Shown here: one piece after another, positions 53,340 through 64,000 of the stretch
Layout: every line of letters begins with the position of its first letter
Numbering within the stretch: position 1 is the first letter of the stretch
DNA from: Sphagnum compactum
Taxonomy: Eukaryota
Assembly (NCBI GenBank): GCA_965153455.1
Contig: OZ234493.1
Location: 30,990,213-31,054,212 of the forward strand
Reading direction: 5' to 3'
DNA: 64,000 bases
Notes under the pieces: generated by a model
Told to the model about the DNA's origin: nothing
Databases searched by the model: none
Seen by the model: only the letters and a program-made list of their open reading frames with translations
Program-made: the position numbers and the translations under genes

Positions 53340-56300
53340 CTATGATAGCTTCAACTTCAGCATTTGTAATATGCTTATGGCTCTGTTTGCGAGTGCATCA
53401 TCTTCTAGGTGCCAGTCACATGCCAGCACCAATGCCAGTATTCCTCCACCATCAATATTTGTCCCCTGCAAATGGTAACCCTTTGCAACTGCTAAATCAT
53501 GAGAGGAAGTCTCAGGGGACACACGAATATGTATTGATTTGCCTTGTATGCTTTCTTCTTTCTCCTCTAAAACTCCCTCGCCAAAGGACTCAACCAGATG
53601 CAGATAGATCAAGTGAAGAATTGCAGATGATGTCATTGGCTCTAGGGCAGTGGTGGCTTCTTCTGTTCTCACACTAAGAAGTTCCAGATCTTGTTGACCT
53701 TTACTCCCATTTGACAGGCTCTCAACCGGGGTGGATGGATCCGGGATGGCATTGATATCGAGCGTGATGCAGCCACTGTTGACCATTCTGTCAGAATTCT
53801 CAAACCTGTTGGTCACCACCATAGGAGATGATGGGCCAGATACGTCTCTGAATGCTGGAGACTCGAATTCAGAACCTTCTTCTCCTGAGTCTTCCAACAC
53901 TGGCTCCCGCTCCAGATCAAGACTTAGGTGCCGTTGTAAGTCCATGCGGTACCGTTTCTTGGACGTCTCTTTCTCCATTTCCTCCTAAAAGCAAAAACAT
54001 GAACTCTGCTTAACCACAACACCCTTCAGAAACTAGCAACAGATTGTTAGCTAAGAACACATAAGATTCAATATGTGTTGCAGGATCCCTCTTACCTCAT
54101 CTGATACTTGAGGAATGTTTGTTTCCATAGCCACTGGACTTTCTGTGCTGCCAGCTTGAAGAGGTTGTACAGATTCAGGTGATGGTATGTTCTGGTGGTG
54201 ATGTTCCAGTGGTAACAAGTTGTCGCAAGCAAGGTACATTGGACACATGCATGAGAAGCTCATGCCATGTGATGCTACCCCTAAGACAGATTCGACTTCA
54301 CTTGGGTGGATTAGTTTGATCCTCGAGGAGTCCTCCATAATCAAGACTCCTTCTACCGGAACTCCCGCTCTCACATGTGGCAGCTGCTGCCCCTGGTGAA
54401 CTGTCTGCAGCTGCCGTTGGGCATCAGGCAAAGCCACCGGATTCATTTCCTTAGCCATCTCTGCTGCTAAAGGGACAGCTGTTGCTTGTTGGATAATGGA
54501 CTGGTTAACAGGAGCCTTGAGGAGCTGTTTGGAAATGCCCATTTTCACCAAGCAGCGGGATTCAACTTCAATGGTCTCAAGGTTTGCTGGATCATAACAT
54601 GGAATGCCTGCAATGATCACGAATGACAGATGTGAGTGATTTGCAACAACAGGATCCAAAAGAGGCTCAAACTCTGGTGTTTCTGCTGCAACTTTTTGTG
54701 AACTTAAACCCTAAATCCCCCTTACACACCCATCGTTTGCAAATTCACTTCTGACTACAACTGGTGAACAAACAGTAGCATGTTCTCAGCACAAGCATCT
54801 TCCTCAAACCTCAACACCATGACCTTGAAGAAAAACAAGTTGGATGGTGGTCAGTTGTGAACTTCTCACCTAAATCTGTGGCAATCTTGTTCTTCAACAG
54901 GACCATTTTCAGCTTCTCTCCATGAACAAGGACTACATTGCGGGGTGCCACATGCTTGACAAGGTCTAGAATGCCCTTAGCATCCGTGTGGGCACTGAAT
55001 GACAAGTGCTGGACCTGTAATATGTAACATAACAACAATGGGGATGAGACTCAGGATTTTGTTTGTATAGCTAGGAAGAGCATTGCGAGACCACATTGAT
55101 TGGGACAAGTTGCAGTAGCTTCTTTGAGGAGGTCACTGAGAGATGTGTATATATGAAAACAAGGGGTATGATAGTATCACACTGTTCCAAACCTGGCAAC
55201 GCACATCCAACTGCGTGCGTTTGTCAATATCAATTTTGGTAGGTTTTCCGGACATCAACTTACTCCCAACAGTTCCTGCAACACAAAATCTGCTCCCACA
55301 CTGTCAATGATGCTCAAGGGAAAACAAGCCAGTGTACAAACCAGTGTTGCGCGGGTACCTGGTTTGGAGGTTTAGAACTGGAGGTTCTGGTTAGTAAAAC
55401 CCGAACTGGAACCAAGTTTGATTTTTGGAACTGGAATTAGAACCAGGGTTCCCAATTTTTTAGGAACTGGGACAGGAATTAGCAATGGAAGCAGGGTTCT
55501 CAAGCTTTTAGCAACTAGAACTGGAATGGGGACCTAGAACTGGATTCCAGGCCCCATTTCTTTGGGAACGAGAACCAGAACCAAAACTGTTCTAAGTTTT
55601 TTTAAAGAACTGGAACCAGAGGTTGTTCATAAAAGTCAAGAACCACCCAACATTGGTACAAACTCGATACACAAACTCAGATTAGCAACACCAACCCTGA
55701 CATGATGTGCATCAAAGTAGAAAATGGATCAGTGATCATACACGGCACAGTGCAGAACCAGCTACAGTTGTGCATGGATTGTTACTCTAAGGCCCATTTG
55801 CAAACTGATGAGTGGGTTTGCTGCCTGTACTGTGACTGGCAAGTAAGCATGAGATCAATTTCTGCACTGAAATGGTAGCAATCTTTTGAATTTATTTGCA
55901 CATGTGTTGGGCCGAAAGAAGGAGAGAGACAGAGAAAAAGACAGTAAGCAAGTGAGAATTTGCACCCCGGCAGGATGATCATGTTGGCGTCTGAAGGTGC
56001 CCAATGCTTAAAGACCTCCAGAGACAGGCCTCCACTCAGCATTCCAGGCGTGGCAAACAGAACACAAGGCCCTGGTGCATCAATCTGAGAGCGCTCGAAT
56101 GGAGTCACTGGAATCAACAAGAACACTGCATCATTTGCTGCCAAAGTACACAATGTCTGAGCTCTCAATCAGACTGCAACATCTACTGCACATGATGAGA
56201 TTGTTCTATCACAATGTGGCAACAGAATGGGTTTCTTTTAAATACCATGTTTGAAGTCAAATGTGTTGCGAGTGACATACGTGTCTTTAACTTTCTGGTT

Positions 56301-59300
56301 TGTCCAGCTGATTAACAGCTTGTAATACACATTTGCCTGCATGGTTAGCCCTGCATCAACCAACTGCTGCACTCATATCTCCTCACCACAGCCTTTGTGA
56401 CATGAAATTTCAACACAGCAAAGACAGAGATCACTTCCATCATGTGCGTTTCTCATGTGATTTTCAGACTTTTTGTTGCAGGCACACATAAAGAATGAGC
56501 TAACAAAGTGCTTGGCCTGAGAAAGATGGGCAGTGTTGGTTGCCTCCAATGTCATGGCAAAGAAAGGACGAGTGCATAGCCATTCTGCCTTCCCGAAACT
56601 ATTACCCATTTGACAGACATACCTGCAGAGAAGTAAATAGGGACTTTGAGATTCGTGCGTTCCCAATACTCATCAAGTAGTATACACAATTCCTGCCAAC
56701 AACCAACAAACTCAGCAATTCTTGCCTCAACCCAACTTACATCCAACATCAATCCTCATCAATCTACAACATTCATAGTAAAGACTGCAAACCAGCAATT
56801 CAACAGTGAAATGTAACTGTGAAAAATGAAAGTGGATGTATTGCAATGTGCAGGTGCACATCAGTCAGTAACTGGGCCAGTTATGGTTCTTCATATTGAA
56901 CTATGACAAATTCTACCCTACAACAATGCACTGGCAGTTGCAGAACAGCTTGACATACAGGTGGGTCTTGTAAGCCATACCTGAGCCCTCCCAAGGGCAA
57001 ACACAGGGATCAGCACTTTTCCACCTGCTGCCACACAAGTGTGTACCTGCCACAACAACCATCATGCTAGATCAGCTGGGGAGCAAGGCAACAAGGGGGA
57101 ATGACCACCCCCAAGTTGCAAAGGAAAGCACTTCTCACAAATACTACACATGCACTCCTGATCAAGTGTGGTGCAATGTAAGCTTACGGCTTTCAAAAAG
57201 TCTCGTTCACGGGCACGTTTGGAATCACGTACAGTTGTTGCATATGTGGATCTGAAAACATGATGATCAAACATGTCTGCTCAAACCTTTTCACAAGGAA
57301 TCCTGTAGTGGCTACTTCCAATGATAATGATACTGCTACTCCCACAGGCTGCTGACAAGGGACTTATGGTGCTACTACTATCAGAGGAAAAAGCACAGGA
57401 AGGAGTAGAAAACAAAAGGTAGCTAGCTACAATTGCAGGTATCCTCCTACTCTGTGATAAGTAGGTCTGGTTCCAGACGATCTATCTGAGCAGCTCCGAG
57501 ATGGCGATCTGGTGTCATGTTATAGTCTCCTGTATACACCACGGTATCATCCCCTGCTTTCACATAAAACATGGCTGCACCAAGCACCTGCAGGCCGGTT
57601 TGTGTGCAATATTTTCATCAACAAGTAATAATAGCTCCAAACATGAGAGATACATGATGATGATACACCAGAACAGACCTTGATATCCATCCAGTGAAAC
57701 CTTTGGATTTACCCCACATGGTGGAGAAGCAAGCATCAATATGGAGAAGGAACTCAATCTTACATGGCCTGCATAGTAAGCTCTTATCTCCAGGTCTGCA
57801 TCCACCTTGATCGTCTGCCGCAAATCAATTGCTGTCACTGTCAACCCTCCCACCCGTCCCCCAAGAACCACTGCATGTTGACTCTACTTTCCAGATGAGG
57901 CGCAAGTATAAGCAAGCAAAAGCTGGTCATGTGACAAGATGGGTTGGTGATTGGTTGGAGGATCCTACATTCTCTTTTTTACCTCTCCAAACTTCTGCCT
58001 TAAGCTTGCCTTTTGCATTTCAGAGGCATCAATCTCCTGTGACTCAAGAGAAGGAGAAGACCCAAGGAAACCAAGAAGAAAGAGGAACACACAAAAAGAA
58101 AATCCAAATGAAAAAGCCCAACAAAAGAAGAAGGACGAACAATCGGGGAAATCAGATGCAAAATTATAAGAGAATGAACTTCTACAGATGAAGAAAAATT
58201 GCATGAGAGAAACTGGCATCCAGCTTATGCACGCAGGTAAGTATTCAAACCATCTAGTGCACAAGTGGTTGCCAGAAATCTGAAGAAACTAATTGAAGAT
58301 CATGCAGGGATGCAAGCAAGAAGCCCCACAAGGGAAAAAAAAAACTGACCCCGTTTCATGCACTGCTGAATCTGCAGAACACTGAACTGCTCTTGCTCAC
58401 CCTTTCTATCCACCATCACCTTCCGATAATCCTCCAACATCAAAGGCGCCAGTGCTTTGGTTGGGTACTGCACAAAGAACCAAAAAAAAGTTGAGCAAAC
58501 ACACTGAGAGCACAACCACCAGAGAACAAAGGTCTCGTGTACAGGTAGGGAGGTAAGTCTGGAAAGCCCCCACAAGAAGAGATCATGAATCTTGACATCC
58601 CATGAATTCCAACAGACAATTCATTGTGATGATGCTTTTGAACTTACTGTCATGTAGATAGGACCTTCATAGCCACAGATTTCAGTGAAGTATGGAAGAG
58701 CGCCGATGTGATCCAAGTGACTGCAATACCACCATTTTGTCCCCACAGATTTGTCAAAGCAAGAAATGGAGAAGCAGCAAAAACCATTGCTGAGGGGAAA
58801 AACTTTGTTGGATCCTCCTCTTCTATCAACCAAATTTTGAGACCAGAATTGTCAGAAACAAGTTTTCATATTGAAGAAGGAAGGATCAATTCCACATGAA
58901 TCCATGACATTCAAGGCTCAAGAAAATCATACAACGGGGTTTAGGGTTTGGCACTTCAGAAGACAGAGAGTGTTTAGGGTTTGGAGCTCAAGAAGATAGA
59001 TAGCAGAGAAGGTTTAGGGTTTGAAGCTCAAGAAGATAGATAGCACAGAGGGTTAAGGGTTTGGAGCGAAGATGGATAGATAGTTAGCAGAGAGGGTTTG
59101 GGTTTGGAGCTCAAGAAGATAGATTGCAAGAGAAAGACAGGAAGGAGAATAAGGCGTGCATTGGTTTAGGGTTTGGAGCTCAAGAAGATGGATAGATAGC
59201 AAGAGAGGGTTTAGGGTTTGGAGCTAAAGAAGATGGATAGATAGCAGAGAAGGTTTAGGGTTTAGGGTTTAAGGTTTAGGGTGCTCAAGAAAATTGCAAG

Positions 59301-59711
59301 AGAAAGAAGGGAAGGAGGAGGCACGGATGTTTACAAATGGGTAACGATCACGCAATCGATAGCTTGAGTGTAATTGCCGGTCTTGGAAATGAAAGAGAAA
59401 TCCGGATAGCGTCGCTCATCCTGAAAACCCATGTGCATACCGCAGTCGAACATTACATTCTTGCCACCTACAGTGACAATGACGCAGCTCTTTCCCACAT
59501 CCTGACCAGCTCCTGTAATCAAATCAATCAACCAAAACACCCGCCCACGAGAAACAATTTTGCAATCAATAATTTGATCCGAGCGAGCGAGCGCCAAGGC
59601 AAAACCCAAAGAGGCAAAAGAATCTGAAAGCACAAAAACACAATCTGCAACAAACATTGCGGCACAGTTTTGTTTTGTTTTGTTACCAAGAGGAACACAC
59701 TTGATCAGCAT
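53340..59711 (-). CDS. CPSF73-II: CPSF73-II / Integrator subunit 11 (metallo-beta-lactamase/beta-CASP endonuclease), 816 aa. Exons 59711-59687, 59512-59335, 58720-58648, 58467-58350, 57837-57764, 57587-57451, 57251-57188, 57046-56981, 56692-56623, 56350-56246, 56107-55966, 55289-55193, 55014-54870, 54607-54096, 53984-53340
   Basis: [105 protein letters not shown]. All 14 introns are GT-AG and the summed CDS is 2451 nt, in frame. Confidence 0.95.
55342..55655. mobile_element. hAT-type MITE in CPSF73-II intron 11 with 8-bp TSD
   Basis: TSD GTACAAAC at 55334-55341 and 55656-55663; TIRs CAGTGTTGCGCGG / CCACCCAACATTG; interior rich in GGAACT/GGAACC. Confidence 0.85.
58935..59290. repeat. Intronic ~40-bp tandem array containing telo-box/telomere-like TTTAGGG units
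   Basis: About 8 copies of GGGTTTAGGGTTTGGAGCTCAAGAAGATAGATAGCAGAGA, ending in GGTTTAGGGTTTAGGGTTTAAGGTTTAGG; lies in CPSF73-II intron 2. Confidence 0.85.
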
Positions 59712-60362
59712 TGCCCCCGGTTTTTTCTAGCTGCAGAACTTGAGATTGAATTCGCAATAACGTTGTTGAGATCGCATGAGAGAAACTCCAGAAGAAGAGC
59801 CTCACGTCAAGACTTCTGGAGATGGGTCCCGCAAGAATCTGTCTGTCGATTCCGGCAATCCTTCAACAACCCGCGTTTGGCTTAGGGTTTTTATCTATCC
59901 CTTGAGGAAATCCACTCTTGGGTGCTTCCAGGATTGGCAGCAGTTCCTCTCGAGGAATGCTGACGAATCTAGGGTTTGGGTTTTATAGCCGCGAGAGATA
60001 GATAGATAGATAGATAGATGGGTACATGCACTCGCGCGAGATTCTAGTCTGCGACTTCTCGCAATCGTCTTGAGGACCCATTTCGCTTCTCAATCTCTCC
60101 ACCCATCATCCGCATCCCCGCAGCTGAGGGATTCGAGAATCTAGGGTTTGGATTTCCATAACTGCGAGCGATAGATAGATAGATGGGTCCATGCGCACGC
60201 GCGAGATTCTAGTCCGCGACTGCTCGCAATCGTCTTGAGGAACCATTTCGGTTCGGTATCTCTCTACCCACCATCAGCATTCTCCCCCAGCCGAGGGATT
60301 CGTGAATCTAGGGTTTGGATTTCCGTGCGGAAGCCACCTTTGATGCACGCTTTGGTATCGGC
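59712..60362. promoter_or_regulatory. Candidate bidirectional promoter/5'UTRs (651 bp) with four telo-boxes and a ~170-bp tandem duplication
   Basis: Divergent ATGs at 59711 (-) and 60363 (+). TAGGGTTT at ~59883, 59970, 60142 and 60309. Units 59965-60136 and 60137-60303 each contain (GATA)n and CGCGCGAG. Confidence 0.65.
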
Positions 60363-62189
60363 ATGGCAAGCACGAGCGCGGCCTGTCAACGGCAGTGGTT
60401 GAGTCCTGTGTGTAGCGTACAGACTGCTCCAGAGAGCCATCATTGGAGATCTGTAGCTAAACCTGGCACTTGGAGAGTAGCGCCTTCTTCTTCTTCTTCT
60501 TCTAGGGTTAGGAGGAGTTCCTCCTTCTCGTTTTCTCGGCCGGTTGATGGGTCATGGGAGTTTTCGAGCAATGCAATGTTTGGAGGAGGGATGCAGTTAC
60601 ATCTTGCATTCAATGTTGGCAGAGGAGCATTTGGGCACAGGAGAGGAGGAGCAAGAGGAGGAAGAGAAAGAAGAGGAAGGCAAGAAAGAGGGCCTCTTGT
60701 TGTCAAGGCAGCTGTGTTCGACCAGCTCACGAATAGTCTGGAAGCAGCATGGAGCAAACTGCGAAAGGAGGACGTTCTGACAAGAGAAAACATCAAGGAG
60801 CCCATGCAGGATGTAAGAAGAGCTTTACTGGAGGCTGATGTGAGCTTGCCAGTAGTGCGTAGGTTTGTGAAATCAGTTTCAGAGAAAGCAGTAGGCACAG
60901 GAGTGATCCGTGGAGTGAGACCAGATCAGCAGCTGATCAAGGTGGTGAATGACGAGCTGATGAGTCTGATGGGTGGAGAGATGGTGGGCTTGGAGTTCTC
61001 CAAAACAAAAGGAACTCCCACTGTCATTCTCATGGCAGGTTTACAAGGAGTGGGCAAGACAACTGCCTGTGGGAAGCTGGCTCTCTACTGCAAGAAGAAG
61101 GGCAAGAGCTGTATGATGGTGGCAACAGATGTGTACAGACCAGCAGCCATTGATCAGCTTGTCACCCTGGGCAAGCAGGTGGATGTTCCTGTGTTTGAAG
61201 CTGGGAACCAAATCCGACCAGCAGAGATTGCCAAAAGGGGACTTGCAGAGGCGAAGAAGAAAGGAGTGGAAGTAGTGATTGTGGACACTGCAGGAAGATT
61301 GCAAGTAGATAGAGGAATGATGGATGAACTGAAGCAGATCAAACAAGTGGTGAATGCAACAGAAGTGCTGCTGGTTGTGGATGCCATGACAGGACAAGAA
61401 GCTGCAAAGCTTGTGGCTTCTTTCAATTTGGAAGTGGGCATTACTGGAGCTATCTTAACCAAGCTGGATGGTGATTCTCGAGGTGGTGCAGCATTGAGTG
61501 TGAAGGAAGTCTCAGGCAAGCCAATCAAGTTTGTTGGAGAGGGAGAAGGGATGAATGCATTGGAGCCTTTCTATCCTAATCGAATGGCGAGCCGCATTTT
61601 GGGAATGGGAGATGTGTTGACATTCGTGGAGAAGGCAGAAGAAGTGATGCTGAAAGAGGATGCTGAGGAGATGCAGAGGCGGATATTGGAAGCCAAGTTT
61701 GATTTCAATGATTTTCTGAAGCAAAGCCGCAATCTGGCACGCATGGGTTCAATGGGTGGTCTTGTGAAGCTCATTCCTGGCATGAATAAGGTGACTCCGC
61801 AACAGATTCGTGAAGCTGAGAAGAGTCTCAAAATCACTGAATCCATGATCAATTCAATGACACCCAAGGAACGCGCAGATCCTGAGCTTCTTGCAAAGTC
61901 GCCTTCACGAAGGCGACGAGTTGCACTCGGTTCTGGAAGAACCCAAGAGCAGGTCAGTGCTTTAGTCTCACAGATTTTTCAAATGCGGGTTCGAATGAAG
62001 AACCTGGCAACTATGATGCAAGGTGGTTCAATCCCTGGTTTGGAAGGACTGGATGACCCACTCAATGGCAGATCAAAAGCAGCACCTGGCACTGCCAAAA
62101 GGAAGAAGAAGACTCGATCCGGATTTCAATCCCAGCTCATTGGCTCAGGAGCAGCAGATGCTCCAAAAGGTTTCGGTGCCAAGAAATGA
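60363..62189 (+). CDS. FFC: Chloroplast signal recognition particle 54 kDa subunit (cpSRP54/Ffh), 608 aa, intronless
   Basis: Ser/Arg-rich transit peptide, then [52 protein letters not shown]-domain FDFNDFL...NSMTPKER...GSG, and basic tail [10 protein letters not shown]. Confidence 0.97.
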   Translation: MASTSAACQRQWLSPVCSVQTAPESHHWRSVAKPGTWRVAPSSSSSSRVRRSSSFSFSRPVDGSWEFSSNAMFGGGMQLHLAFNVGRGAFGHRRGGARGGRERRGRQERGPLVVKAAVFDQLTNSLEAAWSKLRKEDVLTRENIKEPMQDVRRALLEADVSLPVVRRFVKSVSEKAVGTGVIRGVRPDQQLIKVVNDELMSLMGGEMVGLEFSKTKGTPTVILMAGLQGVGKTTACGKLALYCKKKGKSCMMVATDVYRPAAIDQLVTLGKQVDVPVFEAGNQIRPAEIAKRGLAEAKKKGVEVVIVDTAGRLQVDRGMMDELKQIKQVVNATEVLLVVDAMTGQEAAKLVASFNLEVGITGAILTKLDGDSRGGAALSVKEVSGKPIKFVGEGEGMNALEPFYPNRMASRILGMGDVLTFVEKAEEVMLKEDAEEMQRRILEAKFDFNDFLKQSRNLARMGSMGGLVKLIPGMNKVTPQQIREAEKSLKITESMINSMTPKERADPELLAKSPSRRRRVALGSGRTQEQVSALVSQIFQMRVRMKNLATMMQGGSIPGLEGLDDPLNGRSKAAPGTAKRKKKTRSGFQSQLIGSGAADAPKGFGAKK

Positions 62190-62865
62190 AACCGAAGAGG
62201 TAATTATGCTTCTCGAGGTATTGTGCTTCTTTGTACACACACACACACACACACATGAGTTTTATGTGACACTACTTGTATTGTCTGTACATGAAAGATG
62301 TCAAAATCAGAGAATCGCAGAAGGGAGAAAATTACTAGAATTTGCAAGGGGCTTTTGGTAACTGCAGAGAAAATCACATGGGGATCTGACAAAGAAATGA
62401 TTGAGTTACATTGCTTTCTTGATCAAATACAAAGGTTTAGGATTCCAAAACACCCGGATCCAGAGTACTACTAGGCTGCAAACTGAAATTGAAAATGATG
62501 ATATCAATCATGTATGAACCGAAAATGCAATCAAAAATATTTTTATGATTCAAAGGCAGCAGCTCATGACATGTTTGGTTCAAAGTATGAAGTAGCAATT
62601 CGTCAGCAGACAACTAACGCTACTCCGCAACTGTTTCTGCAACCCTTTTCTTCCAGTATAAAACTCTTATATACATCCTTTTGCATCTTTCCTTCTTGTC
62701 TTCTTCGCAGTTTGCACCCAAGTGCAAGGTTTTGTGGTCAAGTAGAAGGAAAGGATCATGTGTACCTATGCTTTTTAAAATTTTGGTTTGGTTTTAGGTA
62801 ACTTCTTTTATGCATTACCAATGACATTGAAGATTCATGCATATTTCTTGTTTGGAGGAGTTTGA

Positions 62866-63005
62866 GATCAGTTTTATTGATCATAACATATGCTTCAAAA
62901 TTTGTTCAACACACACTTCCTATTAAGTGACCTGATGAATTTTATTGATTGTAACATATACTTCAAAAAATGTCAGAAGCACACCTCCTATTAAGTGATC
63001 TGAAC
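62866..63005. repeat. Two ~68-bp tandem units
   Basis: TTTTATTGAT..TAACATAT.CTTCAAAA...CACAC.TCCTATTAAGTGA.CTGA occurs twice. Confidence 0.75.
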
Positions 63006-64000
63006 TTTGAATGTTGAAAATAAATTATCGTCCTCCATTGACCTATCTTTGTTGAAGACTAATTCAAGTAGTAAAGTTGCAGCAACGAGAATCCAAATAG
63101 TGGATATAGGTGCAATTCAATCTTGTTTGTTGAGTTCAAATTATTCAGTTTTTGACAACATCAAACAATTTCTTTTTAGCCTGATTAAATACATTGAATA
63201 TATTGAGAGGTTTTCATGTGTAGTATCCAATGGGCTGCTGAGGTGATTAAGTGCATGGGAACACAAAATCTGAATGAGTCTGCTTGGTAATTTTGTTCAA
63301 ATTTTTGATGGCTCCAAGTATTTTTGATGGGTGATTAATGCATGGACGCTTCTGGAAGCTTCCAACCTGGTGCTTTTGGGATTTCTGCGTGAAATTTTTG
63401 GGTGCGAGAAAGTTAGTAGGAGTAAACAAGGTTCAGTAAGAAAGTAGAATCTAGTGGGAAGGCAAGATGAGCTTGGGCAAGATCCAAGCTTTTTGTGTAC
63501 CAATCTGTTGTGAAGAAAAGAAGCATGGCATATGGGTCTGTAAAAGCTAGGCATGCGATTCTATCCCCATTAGTTCAGCTGTGTTTTGTGAATTGGCATG
63601 TTGGAAGTGTTCACAGACTCCCGATCGGTGAGATTGCTGAGCTCATTTGAGGTGTGGGTCAATTGGAGATCAATTATAGAGTGTGCCTTATGTGTTTATT
63701 ATTATTTCATAGAAGAAAGCAAGGACAATGATAATAAGATGCATGGTCTGACCTCCACAAACAAGATTGAATTGCAAGTTGCATGCTAGATTTTGAGCAG
63801 AGGTGAGATAGTAGCTGTAAGTTCCAAGTGTTTTCAGTAGCTCAAAGTGAAGAAAATGCCCATGCTCTTCTTGCCTCTGGTTTTGGTTTTGGCATTGTTT
63901 ATAAAATTTAAGAACCGGTTTGAACATAGCATCCGCTTCCATGTGCACACTAATATTCCTCAAGGCTGAAATTTTTGTAGGTACACAACTTTACAAAAAA

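Noticed and set aside
58935-59290. Regularly spaced ~40-bp repeats superficially like a CRISPR array or a true telomere
   Set aside because: Units are tandem with no unique spacers, lie in a spliceosomal intron with no cas genes, and the pure TTTAGGG run is only ~4 units.
60315-60362. ORF-track extension of cpSRP54 starting at TTG 60315
   Set aside because: A non-ATG start within the promoter repeat; ATG 60363 (GCATGGC context) begins a typical transit peptide.

Overview
Eukaryotic nuclear DNA from a land plant. A seed-free lineage such as a moss is inferred from GT-AG introns, PPR/nsLTP/cpSRP54 genes and an intact SRP-RNA-binding motif in cpSRP54. The first ~39 kb is AT-rich and dominated by transposon debris: pogo/DDE-1 and hAT transposase relics, MITEs and several non-autonomous Helitron-like elements, with one intact-looking nsLTP gene. 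The last ~25 kb is gene-dense: a 5-exon uncharacterised membrane protein, an ABCF1 pseudogene, a PPR gene with two single-base frameshifts, a 15-exon CPSF73-II/INTS11 gene and, head-to-head with it, an intronless cpSRP54. The most striking item is a 2,827-bp Helitron (13223..16049) whose exact empty site survives in a paralogous repeat 3.5 kb upstream. It carries an in-frame chimera of an LRR-receptor N-terminus and a phospholipase D HKD-region exon, plus a small ORF. This is a clean exon-shuffling case, not proof of a wholly new system. All family assignments come from motif recognition by eye; no database searches were run.
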